Assembly (NCBI GenBank): GCA_018333455.1
Contig: JAGXTN010000058.1
Span: 3,513 to 67,512, forward strand
Length of the DNA: 64,000 nt
Source of the DNA: Dethiobacter sp.
GTDB lineage: Bacteria > Bacillota > Dethiobacteria > Dethiobacterales > Dethiobacteraceae
Reading direction: 5' to 3'
The notes beneath the pieces are model-generated. The model was not told the DNA's origin and ran no database searches. It saw nothing but the letters and a program-made list of their open reading frames with translations. Positions 20,148 through 28,216 of the stretch are shown in pieces. Positions within the stretch are counted from its first letter, which is position 1. Every line of letters begins with the position of its first letter. A program made the position numbers and the translations under genes.

Positions 20148-20921
20148 TTGATCAATAAGGTAGAAATATGCGGTGTTAACACAGCGAAATTACCTGTACT
20201 AAAAAGCGACGAGATGCGCCGTCTTTTCACTCTTTTTCGCCAAGGGGACGAGTCGGCTCGAGAGAAGCTGGTTAACGGAAATTTGCGTCTGGTGCTTAGT
20301 GTGATTCAACGCTTTAACAACCGCGGTGAATATGTGGATGACTTGTTTCAGGTTGGTTGTATAGGCCTGATTAAAGCAATAGATAATTTTGATTTAAGTC
20401 AGAATGTCAAGTTCTCTACTTATGCAGTGCCAATGATTATCGGTGAAATTCGGCGCTATCTGCGCGACAATAATCCTATCCGTGTATCACGGTCATTGCG
20501 GGATATAGCCTACAAAGTTTTGCAAATCAGGGATATTTTGGCGAACCGTTTCGGGCGAGAGCCAAATATCAATGAAATTGCCAAAGAGTTAGACTTGAAG
20601 CGGGAAGATGTTGTTTTTGCCTTAGATGCAATCCAAGAGCCGGTTTCACTCTTTGAGCCTATTTACCAAGATGGCGGTGACCCGATTTTTGTGATGGATC
20701 AGATTGCCGATGATAAATGCCAAGATGAAAAGTGGCTGGAGATTTTGGCAATCAAAGAGGCACTCCAGAAATTAAATGAACGTGAAAAATTGATCTTGAC
20801 TTTACGGTTCTACCGTGGCAAGACGCAGATGGAAGTGGCTGACGAAATCGGGATCTCTCAAGCACAAGTCTCACGTTTGGAAAAAGCAGCGCTTGGACAT
20901 TTGCGCAAGCATGTACAGTAA
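20148..20921 (+). CDS. sigG: Sporulation sigma factor SigG
   Basis: The N-terminus (L)INKVEICGVNTAKLPVLKSDEM matches the B. subtilis SigG N-terminus. The start was moved to the TTG at 20148, which follows a GGGAGGGGAG RBS. Confidence 0.94.
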   Translation: MINKVEICGVNTAKLPVLKSDEMRRLFTLFRQGDESAREKLVNGNLRLVLSVIQRFNNRGEYVDDLFQVGCIGLIKAIDNFDLSQNVKFSTYAVPMIIGEIRRYLRDNNPIRVSRSLRDIAYKVLQIRDILANRFGREPNINEIAKELDLKREDVVFALDAIQEPVSLFEPIYQDGGDPIFVMDQIADDKCQDEKWLEILAIKEALQKLNEREKLILTLRFYRGKTQMEVADEIGISQAQVSRLEKAALGHLRKHVQ

Positions 20922-20936
20922 AAGGAGGTGGAGAAA

Positions 20937-21134
20937 GTGCACACAAAGAGTGTAAGCAAAGGGAGTTTCGGCTTGCTTGTGATCTTTGTCCTCCTGGCAG
21001 TGTTTTTGTTCCCCACCGCCGAGCCGCTTAAGGCGTTTAACCAGTCCAACTTGATTCGTGTTGCTGAAATACGGGAAGTGGACGGGCAGCTTTTTTACAG
21101 GCGTTTCGCACCTGTTTCTGATATGATGCCATGA
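20937..21134 (+). CDS. Small hypothetical membrane protein (65 aa, one TM helix)
   Basis: AAGGAGG RBS at 20921-20927, GTG start 9 nt later, hydrophobic segment FGLLVIFVLLAVFLF. Followed by a terminator. Confidence 0.45.
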   Translation: MHTKSVSKGSFGLLVIFVLLAVFLFPTAEPLKAFNQSNLIRVAEIREVDGQLFYRRFAPVSDMMP

Positions 21135-21153
21135 GGCAAAAATCGCTAAAGCA

Positions 21154-21210
21154 AAGGCTCTTGCTCGCTCACCTGTCGATCAGTTAATGTCGACAGGTTT
21201 TTTTGCGCTT
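21154..21210 (+). repeat. 57-nt direct repeat, copy A (contains the terminator)
   Basis: Matches 22019-22075 with 3 mismatches by eye. Confidence 0.9.
21172..21204 (+). terminator. Rho-independent terminator of the sigG unit (inside repeat copy A)
   Basis: cctgtcga-tcagttaatg-tcgacagg followed by T7. Confidence 0.8.
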
Positions 21211-21310
21211 TATTTTTTATTGTTAACCCTGCCATCATTGTGCTCCCTGACTCTTTGCCCTCACAATCAGATTGTCTTGCCCACCATCGTACCCTCTCTC
21301 ACTTCAGCTA

Positions 21311-21391
21311 TTTCCCTCTCCCTGCGGGAGAGGGCTAGGGTGAGGGCAGAGGGGATGAGACAGCGAAGCATTCCGGGCAATGTAGCCTTCC
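21311..21391 (+). repeat. GC-rich palindromic repeat element, copy 1
   Basis: tttccctctccctgcgggagagggctagggtgagggc ... gcattccgggcaatgtagccttcc. Related copies in inverted orientation lie at 22080-22243 and 43390-43426. Confidence 0.85.
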
Positions 21392-21682
21392 CCAGCTGCT
21401 CCGCTCGCACGTTCTCGCAGCTACGAACTGTCATTCTTGCTAACATGCCAAAACCTCTGGGCTTACCGCATGTGAACCATTGGCATGTCTTAACGCTGCG
21501 AATTCCCGTTCGCTAAACGCTGCTGACACTTAACGCTCGCGCTCGCATTCTGTGAAAGTCAATAATATCTGGGAGGGGTTGTTGAAGGCAAAAGGTGCTG
21601 TTGTCCTAACCTGATGCCTTTTTGTTGAGAGTGTTTGAGCGAGATGTGGACGAGTGGTTAGAAGCGCTGGCGAACCAAGGAC

Positions 21683-21745
21683 GTGTGTCTGATGATAATA
21701 ATTTCGGAGCTGAGGAACCGGGATGTGATCAATATCGCAGATGGC
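21683..21745 (+). pseudogene. Duplicated 5' fragment of ylmC (63 nt, stops after about 18 codons)
   Basis: Four mismatches in 63 nt versus 22361-22423. In the ylmC frame it reads MIIISELRNRDVINIADG then stop. Confidence 0.8.
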
Positions 21746-22018
21746 TGAATATGCTGAGGATGTCCCCAGCTTCTCATTTCTTTTTGCCGCAAATATGCTG
21801 CCAGGCTAATTCTCTGTCGTTGGTATTTTATCATCCAGGATAGCTATGCTCAAAAACAGGTGACTTCTCACAATGTAATCCGCGAGGGGTTATTTTTTTA
21901 GCGCCTATTATGGAATATTGTGCCAAAAAATGAAACGTCTAGCTCCGGGTTCTATGATATTGTAAAATGTACACGTTAAACCAGACAAAATTTTTGAAAT
22001 CCTAAGTGAATCTGATAT

Positions 22019-22075
22019 AAGGCTCTTGCTCGCTCGCCTGTCGATCATTTAATGTCGGCAGGTTTTTTTGCGCTT
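22019..22075 (+). repeat. 57-nt direct repeat, copy B (a second terminator-like hairpin at 22037-22069)
   Basis: aaggctcttgctcgctcgcctgtcgatcatttaatgtcggcaggtttttttgcgctt. Confidence 0.9.
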
Positions 22076-22079
22076 CCGA

Positions 22080-22243
22080 GGAAGGCGACATTGCCCGGAA
22101 TGTTTCAATGCCTCATTCCGGTGCGCTTAGACTGGACCTGGACTTACACTAGGCCGGCCCTCACCCTAGCCATCTACCATTGCTAGAGGTTTCGTTTGAA
22201 TCGGCGAAATAGCCGATTCACAGACACCAATGGGAGAGGGGAA
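22080..22243 (-). repeat. GC-rich palindromic repeat element, copy 2 (inverted relative to copy 1 and split by two insertions)
   Basis: ggaaggcgacattgcccggaatg (22080-22102), gccctcaccctagcc (22157-22171) and gggagaggggaa (22232-22243) are reverse complements of successive parts of 21311-21391. Confidence 0.75.
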
Positions 22244-22369
22244 CAGAACGGCAGGCAGCGGGGAGGAAGCATGGCTCAACAAAATGAAGGCCCAGCCGCT
22301 AATTGGACTGTTTAAAGCCGGATGGCAATCATATACTATAGAAATTAAAAAAACGGGAGAGTGTGTCTG

Positions 22370-22624
22370 ATGATCAAAATTTCGGAGATGAGGAACCGGG
22401 ATGTGGTCAATATCGCAGATGGCAGAAGGTTGGGGGTGATTTGCGATTTGGATTTAGACCTGGATAATGGCCGGATTCTTGCAATCATTGTCCCCAGTTC
22501 AAACCGTTTTTTCAGCTTCTTTAGCAGCGGGCGCGACTATTTGATCCCTTGGGAAAGCATTGTAAGAATCGGTGTTGATACTATTCTTGTAGAAATCAAG
22601 GAGACCGGGTATCGTAACCGCTAA
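22370..22624 (+). CDS. ylmC: YlmC/YmxH-family PRC-barrel sporulation protein
   Basis: MIKISEMRNRDVVNIADGRRLG..DLD..NGRILAIIVP is the family signature. Confidence 0.88.
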   Translation: MIKISEMRNRDVVNIADGRRLGVICDLDLDLDNGRILAIIVPSSNRFFSFFSSGRDYLIPWESIVRIGVDTILVEIKETGYRNR

Positions 22625-22646
22625 ACACAAACTGCTAAATTAGGCT

Positions 22647-22698
22647 TTGACATACAACATCTGGTGTTGTATAATTGTACCAGCACTAGATGTTGTGC
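22647..22698 (+). promoter_or_regulatory. Sigma-A promoter (TTGACA-17-TATAAT) overlapped by two NrdR boxes
   Basis: TTGACA at 22647-22652 and TATAAT at 22670-22675. Palindrome acaacatctggtgttgt at 22654-22670 and a second box gcactagatgttgtgc at 22683-22698, with centres about 29 nt apart. Confidence 0.7.
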
Positions 22699-22722
22699 AT
22701 GGTTAAAGGAGGCAAGAGCCAG

Positions 22723-23181
22723 ATGAGATGCCCTTACTGTGGCTGTGTTGAGAGCCGGGTGATTGATTCCCGGTCTACCGATGAGGGCGGTGCCATCCGC
22801 CGGCGACGGGAGTGTACGGCTTGTGAAAAGCGCTTTACTACATATGAAAAGCTGGAGGAGTCTCCGATTATTGTCTCTAAGCGGGATGGCAGCAAGCAAA
22901 TCTTTGAGCGTGCGAAAATTTTAAACGGCCTGATTTATGCCGGGGGCAACCGGAAGATTCCGCTTAGTGTGTTTGAGGCCTTGGTCGATGAAGTTGAGCG
23001 GGAGTTGCGCAATAATTTCCATCACGAAGTGAACTCAGATGAGATCGGACAACGGGTGTTGGCTAAGCTTCGCGAGATAGACGAAGTTGCTTATGTGCGT
23101 TTTGCCTCGGTCTACCACAAGTTTAAAGATATCAATGATTTTAGAGAAGTTCTAAAGAATATGCCCAAAAAAGATAGCTAA
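22723..23181 (+). CDS. nrdR: Transcriptional repressor NrdR
   Basis: MRCPYCG...CTACEKRFTTYE zinc ribbon plus an ATP-cone domain. Confidence 0.95.
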   Translation: MRCPYCGCVESRVIDSRSTDEGGAIRRRRECTACEKRFTTYEKLEESPIIVSKRDGSKQIFERAKILNGLIYAGGNRKIPLSVFEALVDEVERELRNNFHHEVNSDEIGQRVLAKLREIDEVAYVRFASVYHKFKDINDFREVLKNMPKKDS

Positions 23182-23216
23182 GTAAATAGTGACCGAGAGC
23201 GGAGGGACATAAGAGG

Positions 23217-26200
23217 ATGTTTGTGGAAATCAAAAAACGTGACGGCCGTGTGGTGCCATTTAATGCTGAAAAAATTACGGAAGCAATTTTGAAGGCAGCA
23301 AGGGCTGTGGGTGGCGAAAACCGTAAAATCGCAGAGAGCCTGACTAAGCAAGTTGAGATTGAACTTGCAAAATCGGGCTATAACGGGATTATTCCCGCCG
23401 TTGAAGATGTTCAGGATACTGTGGAAAAAGTTCTCATAGAAAATGGACATGCCCGGACGGCGAAAGCATACATACTTTACCGTGACCGTCGGAGCCGGAT
23501 TCGTGAAGGTAAGTCAGATTTAATGGATACGGTCAAGGAAATTTTAGTGGAAACTAGCCGCGAAAATGCTAATGTGTCTAATTCGCCTTCCGCTAAGATG
23601 CTGCAGATTGCCAGCGCCGCCAGCAAGCGATATTACCTGACCAATCTTTTGCCAGAAGAATTTGCCAATGCCCATACGAGCGGGGCGCTTCATATTCATG
23701 ATCTGGATTATTACGGCAAGACGCTCAACTGCTTGCAAGTAGATTTAACAAAGCTGTTGACTGAAGGATTTAACACCGGCTACGGTTTTATTCGTCCACC
23801 AAGAAGAGTGGCGTCTGCTGCTGCCCAGGCTGCCATTATTTTGCAAAGTAATCAAAATGATATGTTCGGCGGCCAGAGTTTTCCCCATTTTGACCGTTCG
23901 ATGGCTGAAATTGTTAAGACTATGGCGTCTGTGCCGGCGGAGGAAGAAATTTTTCAGGCGATGGAAGGCTTGGTATATAACCTAAATACTATGCACTCAC
24001 TGAGTGGTGACGAGCGAATCTGGATTTTGGACAAACAGGTCGGCGAGTTTTCCACGCGCTCCATGGAAGAGTTCCACAGGACGTTTGAGGAAGGTCGTTA
24101 TCAGGCGTTGAGCGTGAATTACAGGACAGGTGTCACAGAATTAAAGGATATTACAGCCAGTATCAGGCATAAGAATGTTAATAAGATCTTCCACGTGAAG
24201 TTGAAGTCCGGACAGAAAGTAACTGTGACAGACAATCATTCTGTGATGACAATCGGGGACAGCGGAAAGATTGGAACTGCGGTTCCGTCCCGTTTGCGCC
24301 GTGCGCTGGTGCCTAGGGAACTGCAGTTAGAGAAAGATAAAATTGTTTTTGACCTGACAAAATACCCGGCGTCGGTGAAATATGAGTTGGACAGGCTGGC
24401 GCTCTCGCCGGCATTGGCTAAAGTGATGGGGCTATATACGGCCGAAGGTTCAGTGTCTGGGTCCACTCTCTACCTTGCCCTTTTCAACAATGAACTGGAA
24501 ACAGAGGCTTTAAGCCTGCTTAGAGAAATTCATCCAGAATTCTCTGTGCGGCTTCGTGTGGCAAAGGGAAAAACGCGTGATCTGGCTTGTAATGTCGGCC
24601 AGCGCTTCGCAGCTTTTTTGGCCGATAAATGTGGGCGGGGGGCTACAAATAAGCGTGTGCCGAGTGAGGTGTTCTTTGCTGGAGAAGCGTGCGTCAGAGC
24701 ATTTTTGGACGGATACCTTTCCGGAGACGGGACGGTTGGCGTTAATCGGGTTGTTGCCGGCACCGTTTCGAGAGAATTGCGGGACGGTATCCAGCTTTTG
24801 TGTCTGAAGCTTGGTATTCCGGTATCTCTGCGGGATATGCTGCCACAGAGCAATTTCGCGGTAGCGCATCAGCGGTATATGGTATCTGCGGGCGGATATT
24901 ATCTTGGCAATCTGGCGCTGAGCGGAGGAAAAGGCGGTAAACTGTCTGAAGCGGATAGTGTCAAAGGGGAGCAAACACCATACGATTACGAGTTTTTACG
25001 CCAGATGATTAAAGATGTATATGGTATATTCTGTGGAAATGCGTATAACTACAGGATTAAACCGCAGTATCTGGAAAACATTGCAAAAGATTTGACCAGT
25101 CGCATCCTGGAGGATCATGAAAAAGAAAACATCGAGCAAATGGCTCGCGAACAATTCTGGTTTGGTAGGCTGACGGATATACTGCCGCAGATCGAGACAA
25201 CAGAAAAATATCATTTGCTTAAAAAACTTCACAGCCGGCAGTTGCCCCGCTTCAGCAAATACCTGCCCGTTTTTTACCCTTACGCAGAGATGCTATCACG
25301 TTTCTTTCTGCCAAAAACAGTCTGTGACGAAAGCGGCAGCAGGATTGACAACAGTTGCCAGAGCCCAGCCCTTGTTATGGCTTGGGCACGCATGATTATG
25401 GAACAAAATGATAAGATGGCTTCTCTTCTAGAAGTGATCAACAGGGTTCTTCGGCTTTGGCCGATGCAGGTCAGAGAACTTCAAGAAGCACCGCACGAGG
25501 AGTTTGTCTACGATATTTCGGTAAGCGACAATGAAAATTTTTTGACGGCGGAAGGTATTTTCGTTCACAACTCCCGCGCGGGTGCCCAAGTCCCATTTTC
25601 TTCGCTCAATGTGGGTACTGACACATCGGAGGTGGGCAGAGCGATTACACGTTCCATTCTGCGAGCCTTTGACCGCGGCTTGGGTAATGGTGAGAGCCCG
25701 ATCTTTCCAAACTTGGTCTTCAGGACGAAAAAAGGTGTGAACATGGAGCCGGATGACCCTAACTTTGATTTGTTTAAACTGGCACAAAAAGTGGCCGCTA
25801 AGCGACTGAATCCCACATTTAGTTTCATGGACACGACTTTTAACGCTAAATTTGGGGAAGAAGTAGCATATATGGGTTGTCGTACCCGGGTGATCGGTAA
25901 CCGCCATGGCGAAGAACGATCTGCCGGCCGCGGCAATATTGCTCCCGTTTCCCTGAATTTGCCACGCCTCGCCTTGCAGGCGCGGAATGTGAACCTGTTT
26001 TTTGTGGAACTGGACCGTCTGATGCGCTTGGGCGCACGGCAACTGTTGCACCGTTTTGAAATCTTGGGTAATCTGCGGGTTTGTGACCTGCCGTTTTTAA
26101 TGGGGCAAAGGCTGTATATGGATTCGGAAAAGCTGGCGTGGGACGAGCCTATTAAAGAAGTGATTAAGCATGGTACGCTGGCCGTTGGATTTATCGGGCT

Positions 26201-26816
26201 GGCGGAAACTTTACAAGCGCTGATCGGCAAACACCACGGGGAAGACCGGGAAGCTCAGGATTTAGGTTTGAAAATTATTTCTCATATGGGTAGAAGGATG
26301 GAACAGTTTTCCGAAGAATTTGACTTAAACTTTACGCTGGTGGCTACGCCGGCGGAGGGTCTTTCCGGGCGCTTTGTTAAAATGGATCGTGATATTTATG
26401 GCGTGATTCCGAAAGTAACAGACAAAGAGTATTACTCAAACTCATTCCATATTCCTGTGAACTACCGTATGTCGCTTTTCGACAAGCTTTCTCTAGAGGG
26501 AGAGTACCATAAATATTGTAACGCCGGGCATATTTCTTATGTGGAGTTGGATGCGCCGCCAGGGGAAAACGTAGAAGCGGTTGAGGAAATTATTTCCCAG
26601 ATGTCTGTGTCCGACATTGGCTATGGTGGAATCAATTATCCTATTGATGAATGCCGCAGTTGCGGGTATAGCGGGATTGTGTCCGACTGCTGCCCGGGAT
26701 GCGGCAGTAGCGAAGTGCGCCGGATTCGGCGGATTACCGGTTATCTTTCCACAGATGATCGCTTTAATAGCGCCAAGCAGGCGGAGCTGCGCGACAGAAA
26801 GACGCATTGCAATTAG
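23217..26816 (+). CDS. nrdD: Anaerobic ribonucleoside-triphosphate reductase NrdD, interrupted in frame by an intein
   Basis: N-terminal ATP-cone. C-terminal CRSCGYSG...CCPGCGS zinc site and an RRITGYLS glycyl-radical motif. 1199 aa, or 674 aa without the insert. Confidence 0.93.
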   Translation: MFVEIKKRDGRVVPFNAEKITEAILKAARAVGGENRKIAESLTKQVEIELAKSGYNGIIPAVEDVQDTVEKVLIENGHARTAKAYILYRDRRSRIREGKSDLMDTVKEILVETSRENANVSNSPSAKMLQIASAASKRYYLTNLLPEEFANAHTSGALHIHDLDYYGKTLNCLQVDLTKLLTEGFNTGYGFIRPPRRVASAAAQAAIILQSNQNDMFGGQSFPHFDRSMAEIVKTMASVPAEEEIFQAMEGLVYNLNTMHSLSGDERIWILDKQVGEFSTRSMEEFHRTFEEGRYQALSVNYRTGVTELKDITASIRHKNVNKIFHVKLKSGQKVTVTDNHSVMTIGDSGKIGTAVPSRLRRALVPRELQLEKDKIVFDLTKYPASVKYELDRLALSPALAKVMGLYTAEGSVSGSTLYLALFNNELETEALSLLREIHPEFSVRLRVAKGKTRDLACNVGQRFAAFLADKCGRGATNKRVPSEVFFAGEACVRAFLDGYLSGDGTVGVNRVVAGTVSRELRDGIQLLCLKLGIPVSLRDMLPQSNFAVAHQRYMVSAGGYYLGNLALSGGKGGKLSEADSVKGEQTPYDYEFLRQMIKDVYGIFCGNAYNYRIKPQYLENIAKDLTSRILEDHEKENIEQMAREQFWFGRLTDILPQIETTEKYHLLKKLHSRQLPRFSKYLPVFYPYAEMLSRFFLPKTVCDESGSRIDNSCQSPALVMAWARMIMEQNDKMASLLEVINRVLRLWPMQVRELQEAPHEEFVYDISVSDNENFLTAEGIFVHNSRAGAQVPFSSLNVGTDTSEVGRAITRSILRAFDRGLGNGESPIFPNLVFRTKKGVNMEPDDPNFDLFKLAQKVAAKRLNPTFSFMDTTFNAKFGEEVAYMGCRTRVIGNRHGEERSAGRGNIAPVSLNLPRLALQARNVNLFFVELDRLMRLGARQLLHRFEILGNLRVCDLPFLMGQRLYMDSEKLAWDEPIKEVIKHGTLAVGFIGLAETLQALIGKHHGEDREAQDLGLKIISHMGRRMEQFSEEFDLNFTLVATPAEGLSGRFVKMDRDIYGVIPKVTDKEYYSNSFHIPVNYRMSLFDKLSLEGEYHKYCNAGHISYVELDAPPGENVEAVEEIISQMSVSDIGYGGINYPIDECRSCGYSGIVSDCCPGCGSSEVRRIRRITGYLSTDDRFNSAKQAELRDRKTHCN
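23997..25571 (+). mobile_element. Intein (525 codons) with a LAGLIDADG homing-endonuclease core
   Basis: Begins SLSGDERIWILD and contains TDNH (block B). It carries KVMGLYTAEGS and FLDGYLSGDGTV (two LAGLIDADG motifs). It ends YDISVSDNENFLTAEGIFVHN, followed by Ser+1 of RAGAQVPFSS. Confidence 0.85.
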
Positions 26817-26865
26817 CAGTGCGGGCTTGTGCGGCAGTGAGCAGATCTGAGCAAGGAGGGCAGGC

Positions 26866-27399
26866 ATGAAATTGAAACTTGCAGGACTGCAACATGACAG
26901 TGTGGTCGACGGACCAGGCTTAAGAACGTCAGTCTTTCTTCAGGGCTGCCCGCATCTTTGTCCCGGCTGCCACAACCCACAGACCCAGAATTTCGCAGCA
27001 GGAAGATGGCTGGATGTGACTAAGCTGGCTGAAGAAATATGTGCTGACAGCCGAGTGCGTCGCGTGACTTTCTCCGGCGGGGAACCATTTGCCCAGGCAG
27101 AACCGTTAGCTATGCTGGCGGAAATCTTAAAAAAGGCCGGTTGCCATTTGCTGATTTACTCCGGCTATACCTATGAGCAATTAAAGGAAAAGGCTTTGAC
27201 TGACAAAGCTACGGCAGCATTACTTGCCGCGGGAGACATGTTGATTGATGGGCCGTTTCTTATGGCGGAGCGTGACATTTCGCTCAGATACCGCGGTTCA
27301 CGGAACCAGCGGATTATTGACTTGCCTGCCACAATGCAGGCCGGTTCGCCGGTTCTCTCGTCGTTACATTCTCGCGGGCAGGAACAGTTGTATGGTTAA
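26866..27399 (+). CDS. nrdG: Anaerobic ribonucleotide reductase activating protein NrdG (radical SAM)
   Basis: CPHLCPGCHN CxxxCxxC motif. Immediately downstream of nrdD. Confidence 0.92.
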   Translation: MKLKLAGLQHDSVVDGPGLRTSVFLQGCPHLCPGCHNPQTQNFAAGRWLDVTKLAEEICADSRVRRVTFSGGEPFAQAEPLAMLAEILKKAGCHLLIYSGYTYEQLKEKALTDKATAALLAAGDMLIDGPFLMAERDISLRYRGSRNQRIIDLPATMQAGSPVLSSLHSRGQEQLYG

Positions 27400-28216
27400 G
27401 GAAGAAATCAGAACGGCTGGAGAGATCAGCTATCTAACTTTTGAAAATCTACATTCCAGCGAAGTCCTGCATGCTTTTACCCTTCGCCGTGGAGGCGTAA
27501 GCGTGGCACCATACAATACCTTAAATCTTGGCGGCCATGTGGGGGACGAGCCGGCTGCTGTGAAAAAAAACCGGCAGCTGCTCGCAGAAGCTCTAGGATA
27601 TCAAGGACATCACGTGGTTTCGGGGCAGCAGACTCACGGCATTAAGATCGAACAGGTTGTGGCAGGAAACCGGCTTTCTGCCTCTGGGGGTGCTGAAATT
27701 GTGCTGCCGGATACAGACGGTCTGATTTGTCTTGAACCGGATGTGGTTTTACTGGCGTATGCGGCTGATTGTACGATTCTCTTTTTCTTTGACCCGCAGC
27801 GGCGCTGCATCGGGCTGGCTCATGCCGGCTGGCGTGGGGCAGTGGCCGGCATGGCGCCAGCGATGGTGGAGGCTATGGCCCGATTGGGTTGCCTGCGCCA
27901 AAACATTCGTGTGGCGCTCTCGCCGTCAATCGGACCATGTTGTTATCAGGTTGGCGATAATGTCGCACGGGAGGTTGCTAGTCATCTGGCCAGGGATGTG
28001 CTTTTGCAAGGCAAGGACGGATTCTATCTGGATTTACCGGGGTATCATTTGCGGCTATTGCAGGAAGCAGGCATTATGGCAAAGAATATTATAAGCAGCC
28101 GCTATTGTACAAGCTGCCATCAACAGCACTTTTTTTCCTACCGCTTTGACGGCGGCAGGACAGGGCGGATGGCCGGGATTATTTCTTTGACGCCAAGCAG
28201 GAAGGCAATAATATGA
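27392..28216 (+). CDS. pgeF: PgeF/YlmD (YfiH-family) peptidoglycan editing factor / purine nucleoside phosphorylase-like protein
   Basis: HG..D..ADC..HAGWRG..IGPCCYQV..YCTSC..FFSYR motifs. The start was moved from the track ATG (27245) to the ATG at 27392, which overlaps the nrdG stop. Confidence 0.88.
   Translation: MVKEEIRTAGEISYLTFENLHSSEVLHAFTLRRGGVSVAPYNTLNLGGHVGDEPAAVKKNRQLLAEALGYQGHHVVSGQQTHGIKIEQVVAGNRLSASGGAEIVLPDTDGLICLEPDVVLLAYAADCTILFFFDPQRRCIGLAHAGWRGAVAGMAPAMVEAMARLGCLRQNIRVALSPSIGPCCYQVGDNVAREVASHLARDVLLQGKDGFYLDLPGYHLRLLQEAGIMAKNIISSRYCTSCHQQHFFSYRFDGGRTGRMAGIISLTPSRKAII

Noticed and set aside
21187-21516. 109-aa ORF inside the sigG-ylmC island
   Set aside because: Its sequence is largely the translation of the GC-rich palindromic repeat (SLSLRERARVRAEG) and of low-complexity leader-like text. 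It has no RBS. A similar pseudo-peptide arises at 43174..43470 from another repeat copy.
21622-21843. 73-aa TTG-initiated ORF in the island
   Set aside because: It has no RBS. It crosses the duplicated ylmC 5' fragment in the wrong frame, which makes it most likely fortuitous. I cannot exclude a small protein.
21154-22075. Whether the two 57-nt direct repeats could be a CRISPR array or IS termini
   Set aside because: There are only two copies about 865 nt apart. Each is a terminator hairpin with a T-run. There are no cas genes, no transposase and no regular spacer structure.
27245-27391. 155-nt overlap between nrdG and the pgeF ORF as drawn in the track
   Set aside because: This is an artefact of taking the most upstream ATG. 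The conserved PgeF sequence begins at the ATG at 27392, which overlaps the nrdG stop in a typical coupled arrangement.
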